64,000 nt of DNA from Gemmatimonas sp. (GTDB lineage: Bacteria; Gemmatimonadota; Gemmatimonadetes; Gemmatimonadales; Gemmatimonadaceae), in contig OZ257156.1 in the NCBI GenBank assembly GCA_965279375.1, positions 2,240,001 through 2,304,000 of the forward strand. The letters run 5' to 3'. The notes under the pieces are model-generated. The model did not search any database. It had not been told where the DNA came from and saw only the letters and a list, made by a program, of their open reading frames with translations. Position 1 is the first letter of the stretch, and every line of letters begins with the position of its first letter. Below are positions 8,636-17,601 of this stretch, one piece after another. The position numbers were made by a program, and so were the translations under genes.

Positions 8636-9874
8636 ATGACCGCTCCTGAACCGCAATCCGTTCCGGATCTCGACCGTACCGCCGCGCTCGGCACCTTGCG
8701 CGCAGTCGCTCGCGCCCTGGCCGCCGGCACCAACTCCAGCGAGGTCCTGAAGACGCTGTGCGAGGCCGCGACGGCCCGTGGGCGTGCTACTGGCGCCTCA
8801 GTGGCCGAAATAAGTTCTGATACTGGCACGTTCGTAGCCAACTATGGCGATCGGGTGGAGCTTCTCGGCATTTCCTTTCCGCTACAGGGCACGATCACCG
8901 GCCGTGTGGCGCAGGAAAAGCGGACCATCGCGGTACACGCGCCGAGCGAGAGCTCGCCGTTCTTTGCGGAACTCCTTCCGCAGCTTGGCATTGGCCCCAT
9001 TCTGGTGCTGCCACTTCTCGCGCAGGACGAGCTGCTGGGAGTCCTTTCGGTCTTTCGGAACGAAGGTCAGCCTGGGTTCGACGATCTGGACGCGGAGCGG
9101 CTCGGTACCGTGGCCGACCTCGCCTCGCTGGCGCTCTGGAAGGCGCGCCTGCTGGAGAATGCCCAGTCGGCCGACGCGGCCAAGACCAGTCTGCTCGCGA
9201 CCCTTTCCCACGAACTCCGTACGCCGATCACCGCGCTCGAAGGCTACGGCGAGCTGCTGGAGGACGAGATTCTCGGGCCCCTCGCTCCGGCGCAACGCGA
9301 TGTCGTGGTCCGTCTGCGCACGGTCGGGCGTCACTTGGGCGCGATCATCGAAGACATCCTGACCTACGCCTCACTCGAGGCCGATCGGCTGATGACGCGT
9401 ACGGGCACGGTGGTGCTCGAAGAGCTGATGGACTGGCTACTCGTGTTTGTGGAGCCGCTGGCGCGCGAGAAGGGGATCGCCTTTCGCGCCGATCTCGAGG
9501 AAGGGCTGCCGTCGATTCGCACTGACGAAGGCCACGTCCGCCAGATCCTGCTCAACCTCTGTCAGAACGCCGTCAAGTTCACCGAGCAGGGGGAGGTCCA
9601 CATTCGTGTCGCGCGGGGATCCCCATTGCCTGACGGCTCGGGCACCGTGCGTTTTGCCATACGTGACACGGGCGTCGGTATCGGCACCACCGATCTGCAG
9701 CGTCTCTTTCGTCCCTTCTCGCAGTTGGAGGACGGGCCGCGACAAAAGCGCGGGACGGGGCTCGGGCTCTACATCTGCCGTCGATTGGCGACGACATTGG
9801 GCGGCCGCGTGGAGGTGGTCTCACGTCCGGGAGAGGGGAGCGTATTCACGCTCGTACTGCCGATCGCGCACTAG
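8636..9874 (+). CDS. GAF-domain sensor histidine kinase (cytoplasmic)
   Basis: GAF region, SHELRTP H-box, [11 protein letters not shown]-box, [12 protein letters not shown]. Start placed at ATG 8636. Confidence 0.9.
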   Translation: MTAPEPQSVPDLDRTAALGTLRAVARALAAGTNSSEVLKTLCEAATARGRATGASVAEISSDTGTFVANYGDRVELLGISFPLQGTITGRVAQEKRTIAVHAPSESSPFFAELLPQLGIGPILVLPLLAQDELLGVLSVFRNEGQPGFDDLDAERLGTVADLASLALWKARLLENAQSADAAKTSLLATLSHELRTPITALEGYGELLEDEILGPLAPAQRDVVVRLRTVGRHLGAIIEDILTYASLEADRLMTRTGTVVLEELMDWLLVFVEPLAREKGIAFRADLEEGLPSIRTDEGHVRQILLNLCQNAVKFTEQGEVHIRVARGSPLPDGSGTVRFAIRDTGVGIGTTDLQRLFRPFSQLEDGPRQKRGTGLGLYICRRLATTLGGRVEVVSRPGEGSVFTLVLPIAH

Positions 9875-9946
9875 CGAATTTCTAAGTGCGCCATGCCGGT
9901 TACTGGCCTATCCCGCACTCAGTGCTCCGTTAGATTGGGTTTCACT

Positions 9947-12739
9947 ATGACCGAGACCGCAATCACCAGCGTTTTCAACGACGGCGTCATCGCCGAACAG
10001 TTCGAGCGTTTTCGTCACGATCCCGCGAGTGTGGACGAGACCTGGCGCCAGTATTTCGCGATCGCGCAGTCGCTCTTTGCCGGCTCGGCCGGCACGAGCG
10101 CGACGCCCGTCGCTCCGGCGGGCGAGGGAGGTGGCTATAGCCTCGACATGCTGCGCAAAGCCGCCGCGGCCGCAGAGCTGCAGCAGGCGATCCGCAACTA
10201 CGGCCACCTCGCGGTACAGCTCGATCCCCTCGGCTCGCCGCCTCCTGGCGCCGATGAACTGACGGCGGAATACCACGACATCACCGAAGACGATCTCGCT
10301 ACGGTCCCCGGTTCGGCGCTCGGCGATCTGCGTTTTGCGACGGCCGCGGACTCGATTCGGCGCAAGCGCGCGGTGTACTCCACGCGCATCGGCTACGAAG
10401 TGTGGCACCTGCATGCCGACGCCGAGCGTGAGTGGTTCCGCGTGGCGTTTCGCGACGGCGTGCTCACGCGTGACCTGACGCCCGACGAGAAGAAGGCGAT
10501 CCTGCATCGCCTCAACGAAGTGGATGGCCTCGAGCGGTTCCTCGGGCGCGCGTACGTCGGCTACAAGCGGTTCTCCGTGGAGGGCACGGACACGCTCATT
10601 CCGATGCTCGACGAAGTGATCAACTCGGCCGGCCGCGCCGGCACGCAGGAAGTGGTGATCGGCATGGCGCATCGCGGCCGCTTGAACGTGCTCACGAACG
10701 TGATGGGCAAACCGTATGAGACGCTGTTCGCCGAATTCGAAGGGCGTCATGACCACGCCGACGAGAATGCCACGGGCGATGTGAAGTATCACCTGGGTTA
10801 CGCCGGCGTTCGCAACGTGGACGGCCGCGAAGTGCGGATGCGTCTCGTGCCAAATCCGTCGCATCTCGAAGTAGTCAATCCGGTACTCGAAGGCGTCGCG
10901 CGCGCACTGCAGCGCACGCCGAGCAATCTTGCCGTGCGCGACGAATCGCTGGTGTTGCCCGTGGCGATTCACGGCGACGCGGCATTCCCGGGCGAGGGCA
11001 TTGTCGCGGAGACGCTCAACATCTCCCGGCTCAACGCGTATCGCACCGGTGGCACGATTCACATCATCGTGAACAATCAGGTCGGCTTCACCACCGATCC
11101 ATCCGACGCGCGCTCCACGTACTACGCCTCCGATCTCGCGAAGGGCTTCGAGATCCCGATCTTCCACGTCAACGGCGATGACGCGCAGGCGTGCATCACC
11201 GCCGTGCGATTGGCGTGCGCGTATCGCGCCACGTTCGGCAAGGACGTGCTGATCGATCTCGTCGGTTACCGTCGTCATGGACACAACGAAGGCGATGAGC
11301 CCACGTACACGCAGCCGAATCGCTACGCGCTGATCAAGGCGCATCCGACGGTGCCGCAGGCGTGGGCCAAGCGTATCGTCGCCGAAGGCGTCATCAGCGC
11401 CGACGACGCCGTCGCCATGGAGCAGCAGGTCTCGGCGCGTTACGCGGACATTCACGCACGCTTCAAGTCATCGCTGTTGGCCAGCGAGTCACACGCGCCC
11501 TGGCCGGCAGAAGCGGAGGAACCGGCCCAGCTGGTGACCACGTCGGTCGCGGCCGATCGCCTGCAGCACTTGAACGAAGCGTTGCTGACGTGGCCCGCCA
11601 CGTTCACGCCGCACCCGCGTCTGGCCAAGCAGCTCGAGCGCCGTCGCGACGCGATGGGAGATGCGGGTGGCATCGATTGGGGCCACGCGGAATCGTTGGC
11701 GTTTGGTTCGCTGCTGGTCGAAGGGATGTCGGTGCGCATGACCGGTCAGGACGCGGAGCGTGGAACGTTCTCGCATCGTCATGCGGTGCTCAACGATGTG
11801 GAGACCGGCGGCAAGTACGCGCCGCTCGCACATCTGGACGGCGTGAAGGGCACGTTCGAGATCTACAACTCGGCGCTGTCCGAAACGGCCGTGCTCGGGT
11901 TCGAGTATGGCTTCAGCACGGTGGCCACCGAGACGCTGGTGCTGTGGGAAGCGCAGTTCGGCGATTTCGTGAACGTCGCGCAGCCGATCATCGATCAGTT
12001 CATCGTATCCGATCGCGCCAAGTGGGGCATCGACTCCGGCCTGGTGATGCTGCTCCCCCATGGCTACGAAGGCCAAGGCCCTGAGCATTCGAGCGCACGT
12101 CTCGAGCGGTTCCTGCAGCTGTGCGCCGAAGGGAACATGACGGTCGCCTACTGCAGCACGCCGGCGCAGTACTTCCATCTGCTGCGTCGTCAGGCGCTCA
12201 CGGCCAATCGTCGGCCGTTGGTGTGCATGCAGCCCAAGTCGCTGCTGCGTCTCCCGCAGGCGGCGTCGCATCTGCAGGATCTCGCGAACGGCAGCTTCCT
12301 GCCGGTCATCGACGATCCGATTGCGTCGCAGCATCGCGACGACGTGCGTCGCATCGTGTTTTGCACCGGCAAGGTGTACTACGACATGGCAGCGTCCGCC
12401 GAGCGTAGCTCGAGCGTGGCGTTGGTGCGCGTGGAACAGCTCTATCCGTGGCCGCATGAGGAAATCGCGCGCGTGATGGATCTGTATCCGGCGGTGGAGC
12501 AGGTGGTGTGGGTGCAGGAAGAGCCCAAGAATCAGGGCGCGTGGACGTACGTGCAGCCGCGCCTGCGCGCGTCGGCAGGTGCCGCGGTTGGCGTGCGCTA
12601 CGTTGGTCGTCCGGAGCGCGCGAGCCCGGCCGAGGGCTACAAGGACGTACATGATGCGGAGCAGGCGCGCATCGTGGCGTTGGCACTCGATACAGGCGAT
12701 GTCGCGATGGAACGGCAGACGCTGCGGGTGATGCAATGA
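9947..12739 (+). CDS. sucA: 2-oxoglutarate dehydrogenase E1 component
   Basis: KRFSVEG, GMAHRGRLN, GDVKYHLG, HGDAAFPGEG, WEAQFGDF, LPHGYEGQGPEHSS. Confidence 0.97.
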   Translation: MTETAITSVFNDGVIAEQFERFRHDPASVDETWRQYFAIAQSLFAGSAGTSATPVAPAGEGGGYSLDMLRKAAAAAELQQAIRNYGHLAVQLDPLGSPPPGADELTAEYHDITEDDLATVPGSALGDLRFATAADSIRRKRAVYSTRIGYEVWHLHADAEREWFRVAFRDGVLTRDLTPDEKKAILHRLNEVDGLERFLGRAYVGYKRFSVEGTDTLIPMLDEVINSAGRAGTQEVVIGMAHRGRLNVLTNVMGKPYETLFAEFEGRHDHADENATGDVKYHLGYAGVRNVDGREVRMRLVPNPSHLEVVNPVLEGVARALQRTPSNLAVRDESLVLPVAIHGDAAFPGEGIVAETLNISRLNAYRTGGTIHIIVNNQVGFTTDPSDARSTYYASDLAKGFEIPIFHVNGDDAQACITAVRLACAYRATFGKDVLIDLVGYRRHGHNEGDEPTYTQPNRYALIKAHPTVPQAWAKRIVAEGVISADDAVAMEQQVSARYADIHARFKSSLLASESHAPWPAEAEEPAQLVTTSVAADRLQHLNEALLTWPATFTPHPRLAKQLERRRDAMGDAGGIDWGHAESLAFGSLLVEGMSVRMTGQDAERGTFSHRHAVLNDVETGGKYAPLAHLDGVKGTFEIYNSALSETAVLGFEYGFSTVATETLVLWEAQFGDFVNVAQPIIDQFIVSDRAKWGIDSGLVMLLPHGYEGQGPEHSSARLERFLQLCAEGNMTVAYCSTPAQYFHLLRRQALTANRRPLVCMQPKSLLRLPQAASHLQDLANGSFLPVIDDPIASQHRDDVRRIVFCTGKVYYDMAASAERSSSVALVRVEQLYPWPHEEIARVMDLYPAVEQVVWVQEEPKNQGAWTYVQPRLRASAGAAVGVRYVGRPERASPAEGYKDVHDAEQARIVALALDTGDVAMERQTLRVMQ

Positions 12740-15450
12740 TGCGTCGCGCATCATGCCGAACGCCTCAATCGATCACGAGCGCCGCAGCCATTGCTGCGGC
12801 GCTCGTCGTTGGGGCGCTGTCGATGTCAGCGCGTTCGCTCTCCGCGCAGGGCGCAGCCACCATCGACCGCGGTGCCGCGGCGCTCGGCTCCGAGCTGGCA
12901 GGGCTGGGTACCAGAGGTCGCGTGCTGACCGTCGCCGCACATCCCGATGACGAGGATACGCAGTTCATCACGTGGTTGACGCGTGGACGTCATGTGGAGA
13001 CGGCCTATCTATCGCTCACGCGTGGAGACGGCGGACAGAACCTGCTCGGCAACGAGCTGGGAGAAGCACTCGGCGCCATTCGTACGCAGGAGCTGCTGGC
13101 GGCTCGACGTATCGACGGTGGTCGCCAGTTCTTCACGCGCGCCTTCGACTTTGGCTTCAGCAAGAACGCCGAAGAGACCTACACGCACTGGCCCAAGGAT
13201 TCGATTCTGGGCGACGTGATTCGTGTGGTGCGCTCGTTCCGGCCGCACGTAATGGTCGGGTTTTTCAGTGGTACGCCGCGCGACGGGCACGGGCATCATC
13301 AGGTGTCGGGGCTGTTGGCGCGCGAGGCGTACGAACTCTCGGCGGACACCGTGCGCTTTCCTGTTGCTGGCTATGGACTGCCGTGGACCGTGTCCAAGTT
13401 CTATCGCAGTGCTCGACAGAACATGGCCGGTGGATCGCTGCGGATGAACGTGGGTGAGTACGACGCGCTGTTGGGGCGGAGTTACTACGAGATCGCCGCC
13501 GAAAGCCGGTCGCAGCACAAGTCGCAGGGCTTTGGCGTGCTGCAGCGGAAGGGTGCGATCCCCGATGCGGTGGTTCGCGAGGCGGCGCGCGTGGGGCCGG
13601 CCGATTCCACGTCGGAGCGCTCGCTGTTTGATGGTGTCGATACCACGTGGGCGCGTGTGCGTCGCGTGTTGCCCTCGATGGCGCAGGCACAGCTCGATTC
13701 GGCGCTGATGTTGTTCGGCACGGCGCGGCAGCTGTATCGCGCGGAAGATCCCACGCCGACGATTGCGCCGCTGGCGAATGCGTTGCGTCTTGTCCGTGCG
13801 GTGCGCGATGCGAGCGGCGCGCCACCCGCAGTGTTGTTGTCGGCGGTCTCGGGCGCGCCCGCGAGGATCGGTGTGCGCAATGCAAAGTCGGCGGATCTGG
13901 ATGCGTGGAGCGCGCTGCGCTTGACGGAGGCGCGTGCCGAGCGTGCGCTGACGCTCGCGGCGGGCGTGGCTGTGGAGGCGACGGCGCCCAAGGCACTCTT
14001 CCCGGTGCGTGAATCGGCGAAGACGAACGTCGGCGACTCGCTGCCGGTGACGATCACGATCTTCAATCGCGGCCGCGTTCCGGTGACGATGCAGTACGCG
14101 GGGCTGCGAGACTATCCGCCGCCGACGGGTGTTCCCCAGGAGCGGAACATCGCCATTGCGCCCGACAGCGCGCTGACGGTGAGTCGATGGGCGGTGGCGT
14201 TCGAGCCGGCCACGCCGTGGTGGCGCGTGAATGGGCGTCGTCAGCAGGACTGGTTCCAGACGCCGATCGACGCGAACGATGAATCGCAGCAGCAGGATCG
14301 CACGGCAACGGTGGTACGCGCCTCGGTCGAGATTGCCGGAGTGTCGGTGACGATTCCCGCCGTGGTCGTCAATCGCTACGCCGATCCGATCAAGGGCGAT
14401 CAGCAGGTGCCTGTTGCGGCCGTTCCTGGCATCACGGTTGGTCTCGAGAACGTGTTCGAGTACATCCGCGCCGGCGTCCCCGTGGAGCGCGATGTTCGCG
14501 TGCTGATCACGTCTGCATACGACGCCGTGTCACGTGTGACGGTGAAGTTGGAAATTCCCAAGGGGCTCGTGGCTGACTCCCTCGAGCGCGTGCGTGATGT
14601 CGCGGCGGGTGGCAGCACCGTCGTCACGTTCCGCTTGCGCGGTATCGTGCAGCCGGGGCGCAATCTCGTGGGCGCGTTCGCGTCGCATGACGGCGCCACA
14701 TCGACCTCGGGCTACTACACGATCAACTACGACCACATCGCACCGCAGCGGCTGTACGGCACGTCGGGGATGTATCTGTCAGCGGTGAGTGTGAAGCTGC
14801 CGCCGCGGGCGAAGGTGGGCTACATCGTCGGCGTTGGCGATCGCGGCTACGAAGCGTTGCAGCAGCTCGACGTGAGCGTAGAGAAGATCGAGCCGGCAGC
14901 GTTGCCGGGGATGGACCTGTCGCGCTTCACGTCCATCGTCGTGGGGCCGCGTGCCTACGAGTCGAGCGAAACGCTGGTCAAGCAGAACCCACGCCTGCTG
15001 GACTACGCCAATCGTGGCGGTACGCTGGTGGTGCAGTACGGCGCGCAGGACATGAGCCGTTTCCCTGTCACGCCGTATCCGCTGCAGTGGACGCGGCCGG
15101 CCGCGCGAGTCACGATGGAGCAAGCGCCGGTTAAACTGCTCGCGCCGACGTCGCCGCTGCTCACGACGCCCAACAAGATCAGCGACGATGACTGGAAAGA
15201 CTGGGTGCAGGAGCGCGCCACGTACATGCCGAGCACGATCGACAAGCGCTATACGTCCGTGCTGGGAATGAACGATCCGGGCGAGCCGGAGAACGCGGGC
15301 GGCCTGCTCGTCGCGCCGGTGGGGAAGGGCAAGTACGTGTACGTCACGCTCGCGCTCTTCCGCCAGTTGCCGAACGGTGTGCCGGGTGCGGCGCGTATTC
15401 TGCTCAATCTCGTGAATGCGGCGCCGACAGTCGTACCGCCCAAGATGTAG
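12736..15450 (+). CDS. Secreted PIG-L/LmbE-family deacetylase, multidomain
   Basis: Signal peptide, AHPDDED, LTRGDGGQN, HGHH. C-terminal beta-sandwich and glutamine-amidotransferase-like region. Confidence 0.88.
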   Translation: MMRRASCRTPQSITSAAAIAAALVVGALSMSARSLSAQGAATIDRGAAALGSELAGLGTRGRVLTVAAHPDDEDTQFITWLTRGRHVETAYLSLTRGDGGQNLLGNELGEALGAIRTQELLAARRIDGGRQFFTRAFDFGFSKNAEETYTHWPKDSILGDVIRVVRSFRPHVMVGFFSGTPRDGHGHHQVSGLLAREAYELSADTVRFPVAGYGLPWTVSKFYRSARQNMAGGSLRMNVGEYDALLGRSYYEIAAESRSQHKSQGFGVLQRKGAIPDAVVREAARVGPADSTSERSLFDGVDTTWARVRRVLPSMAQAQLDSALMLFGTARQLYRAEDPTPTIAPLANALRLVRAVRDASGAPPAVLLSAVSGAPARIGVRNAKSADLDAWSALRLTEARAERALTLAAGVAVEATAPKALFPVRESAKTNVGDSLPVTITIFNRGRVPVTMQYAGLRDYPPPTGVPQERNIAIAPDSALTVSRWAVAFEPATPWWRVNGRRQQDWFQTPIDANDESQQQDRTATVVRASVEIAGVSVTIPAVVVNRYADPIKGDQQVPVAAVPGITVGLENVFEYIRAGVPVERDVRVLITSAYDAVSRVTVKLEIPKGLVADSLERVRDVAAGGSTVVTFRLRGIVQPGRNLVGAFASHDGATSTSGYYTINYDHIAPQRLYGTSGMYLSAVSVKLPPRAKVGYIVGVGDRGYEALQQLDVSVEKIEPAALPGMDLSRFTSIVVGPRAYESSETLVKQNPRLLDYANRGGTLVVQYGAQDMSRFPVTPYPLQWTRPAARVTMEQAPVKLLAPTSPLLTTPNKISDDDWKDWVQERATYMPSTIDKRYTSVLGMNDPGEPENAGGLLVAPVGKGKYVYVTLALFRQLPNGVPGAARILLNLVNAAPTVVPPKM

Positions 15451-15451
15451 C

Positions 15452-15605
15452 GAACGGCAAACCGCGACGGCAACTGCAACAGACTGGAAAAGGATGACGC
15501 GGAAACAGCGGGGATATTGCGGCCGATTCGGCTCGCGCTTGGCAGTATCCCTGAAAATCTCCGCTGTCGATCCGCGCCATCCCTCCTAAAGCAGTTGCTG
15601 TTCGT
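15452..15605. repeat. Long imperfect palindromic intergenic element (copy A)
   Basis: CGGCAACTGC / GCAGTTGCTG, GGATGACGCGGA / TCCGCGCCATCC and ACAGCGGGGAT / ATCTCCGCTGT form nested inverted arms that fill the gap between convergent genes. Confidence 0.7.
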
Positions 15606-17297
15606 TCAGCGAGAAGAAGCCGACGTTGGCGCACCGCCGCCGAGGCTCAGCAACGAGCCCACGACGAGCACGGTGACCGCGCCAATGACGTTGTGCCAGA
15701 GGAACGAGACGGTCGGCATGCCGAATGAGACGGCGGCGACGGTGCTCATTCCGGCCAGCAGTCCGACAAACGCGCCCAGCGCGCGTGCTCTGGGAATCAT
15801 CGCGAGCAGGAAGACTCCCAGGATCGATCCATAGAAGAACGAGCCGAAGCGATTGACGACTTCGATGAGCGAGCCGAGTGTGGCGGCGTACGATGCCACG
15901 AGACAGGCGAAGATGCCCCATCCGGCGGTTGCGACGCGTGAGACCATGAGGAAATGCTCGTCGCTCGCTTCGGGGCGATACCAGCGGCGATAGAAGTCGA
16001 TCACGGTCGCAGTCGAGAGCGAACTCAGCTCCGCCGAGATCGCCGACATCGCCGCGCCCAGTACGGCTGCGATGAACAGACCCGCCAGTCCGAGTGGCAG
16101 GTAGCCGATCACGAAGCGCGGGATGATGTAGTTCACGTCGCGCGACGGCTGCCCGGTGATCCGCGCAGCCTCGGCGAGCGCCTCGGTGCGTACGTCCGTC
16201 ACCACTTTGTCTGCCGCGCGGAATTGTTCGAGCGACGCACGCGTTTGCTCGTTGTTGCCGCTGCGGCGCGCGTCGGAGGTGGCGCGCGCAGCACTGGTCC
16301 GCTCGGCGATCGACGCGGCGTAGCGTGACTCGAGCTGCGCATACACGGCCGGTTCGGCGGACTTCACCTGCTCAGCGTGCGCCGGGTTGTAGAGCATCGG
16401 CGCCGGCTCGAACAGGAAGAAGAGAAACACGAGCACGCCGACCAGCAGCACCAGCGCCTGCAGCGGGATCTTCCAGTAGGCGCTCATCAGCAGCGAGCTG
16501 CGTGCCTCTTCAACCGACTTGGCCGAGAGGTAGCGCTGCACCTGACTCTGGTCGGTTCCGAAATACGAGAGCATCAGGAACGTGCCGCCGATGATGCCCG
16601 ACCAGAACGTGTACGTCTTGGTGATGTCGAACGAGAAGTCGAAGACCTGCAGCCGTCCGGCTGCACCGGCGACGTGCAGCGCATCGTCCAGGGGAATGGG
16701 CATGCGCATGATGAGCACGATCACGACAGACGTGAGCGCTGCTACGACGATGACCATCTGCTTGACGTCCGCCCAAGCGACGGCGCGCACTCCGCCGAAG
16801 ACGGTGTAGGTGATGGTCGGGATGCCGATCAGTGCAACGCACCAGCCGAGGTTCCAGCCAAAGATCGCGGAAAAGACGACCGCTGGCGCGGCAAGGATTG
16901 TGCTGCAGGACATACCGCGCGACAGCAGGAAGAGGAGGCTCGTGAGCGAGCGCGTCTTCGCGTCGAAGCGGCGTTCGAGGTATTCGTAGGCGGTGTAGAC
17001 CTTGGCACCGTGCAGGAACGGCACCAGGGTGACGCCCAGGATAACCATCGCGATTGGCAGTCCAAAGTAGAACTGCACGAAGCGCAGACCGTCGGTGGCA
17101 CCCTGTCCTGTGGTGCCGATGAGCGTGACCGCGGAGAGCTGCGTGGCCATGACCGAGAGGCCGACAGCCCACCACGGCAGGCTGCGGCCGGCGAGGAAGT
17201 AGCCTTCGAGGTTGGAGGTGCCGCGCGAGCGTCGCAGGCCATCGACGACCAGATAGAGCAGGTACGCCGCGACGACCAGCCAGTTGATCCAATGCAT
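15606..17297 (-). CDS. Sodium:solute symporter (SSS family)
   Basis: YFLAGRSLPWWAVGLS, AYEYLERRF, GTDQSQVQRYL, many TMs. Confidence 0.93.
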   Translation of the reverse strand: MHWINWLVVAAYLLYLVVDGLRRSRGTSNLEGYFLAGRSLPWWAVGLSVMATQLSAVTLIGTTGQGATDGLRFVQFYFGLPIAMVILGVTLVPFLHGAKVYTAYEYLERRFDAKTRSLTSLLFLLSRGMSCSTILAAPAVVFSAIFGWNLGWCVALIGIPTITYTVFGGVRAVAWADVKQMVIVVAALTSVVIVLIMRMPIPLDDALHVAGAAGRLQVFDFSFDITKTYTFWSGIIGGTFLMLSYFGTDQSQVQRYLSAKSVEEARSSLLMSAYWKIPLQALVLLVGVLVFLFFLFEPAPMLYNPAHAEQVKSAEPAVYAQLESRYAASIAERTSAARATSDARRSGNNEQTRASLEQFRAADKVVTDVRTEALAEAARITGQPSRDVNYIIPRFVIGYLPLGLAGLFIAAVLGAAMSAISAELSSLSTATVIDFYRRWYRPEASDEHFLMVSRVATAGWGIFACLVASYAATLGSLIEVVNRFGSFFYGSILGVFLLAMIPRARALGAFVGLLAGMSTVAAVSFGMPTVSFLWHNVIGAVTVLVVGSLLSLGGGAPTSASSR

Positions 17298-17301
17298 GGC
17301 G

Positions 17302-17400
17302 TCAGTACGTGTAGCGAGTCTGCAGGAGCCAGAGCAACGCGAGGGCGATGGTCTGGATCACGAGCACGCGCCAGAGCGTCGTGCGAAACGGGGTGGGCAT
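17302..17400 (-). CDS. 32-aa single-TM small protein upstream of the SSS gene
   Basis: Manual translation MPTPFRTTLWRVLVIQTIALALLWLLQTRYTY, stop 4 nt before the SSS ATG, GC3-rich codons. Confidence 0.7.
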   Translation of the reverse strand: MPTPFRTTLWRVLVIQTIALALLWLLQTRYTY

Positions 17401-17483
17401 AGGCAGTAAAAATACCGCGTGGTCGCGTTACCCGGATTGGGGGATATTCGCCCTCCCACTGGTGTCCTCCGTCGGACGACCAT

Positions 17484-17513
17484 TTGACCTCAGCCGCCAG
17501 CCAGCGCTATGCT
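17484..17513 (+). promoter_or_regulatory. Possible sigma-70 promoter for the hybrid kinase operon
   Basis: TTGACC-N18-TATGCT. Confidence 0.4.
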
Positions 17514-17601
17514 TCCAATTCAGACGACGACCTGTGCAGGGCAGCGTAGGGCTGCGACGACGCCGTCGCGACACGCGAGCGCAGCACGTTGCGGTTGATG
17601 C

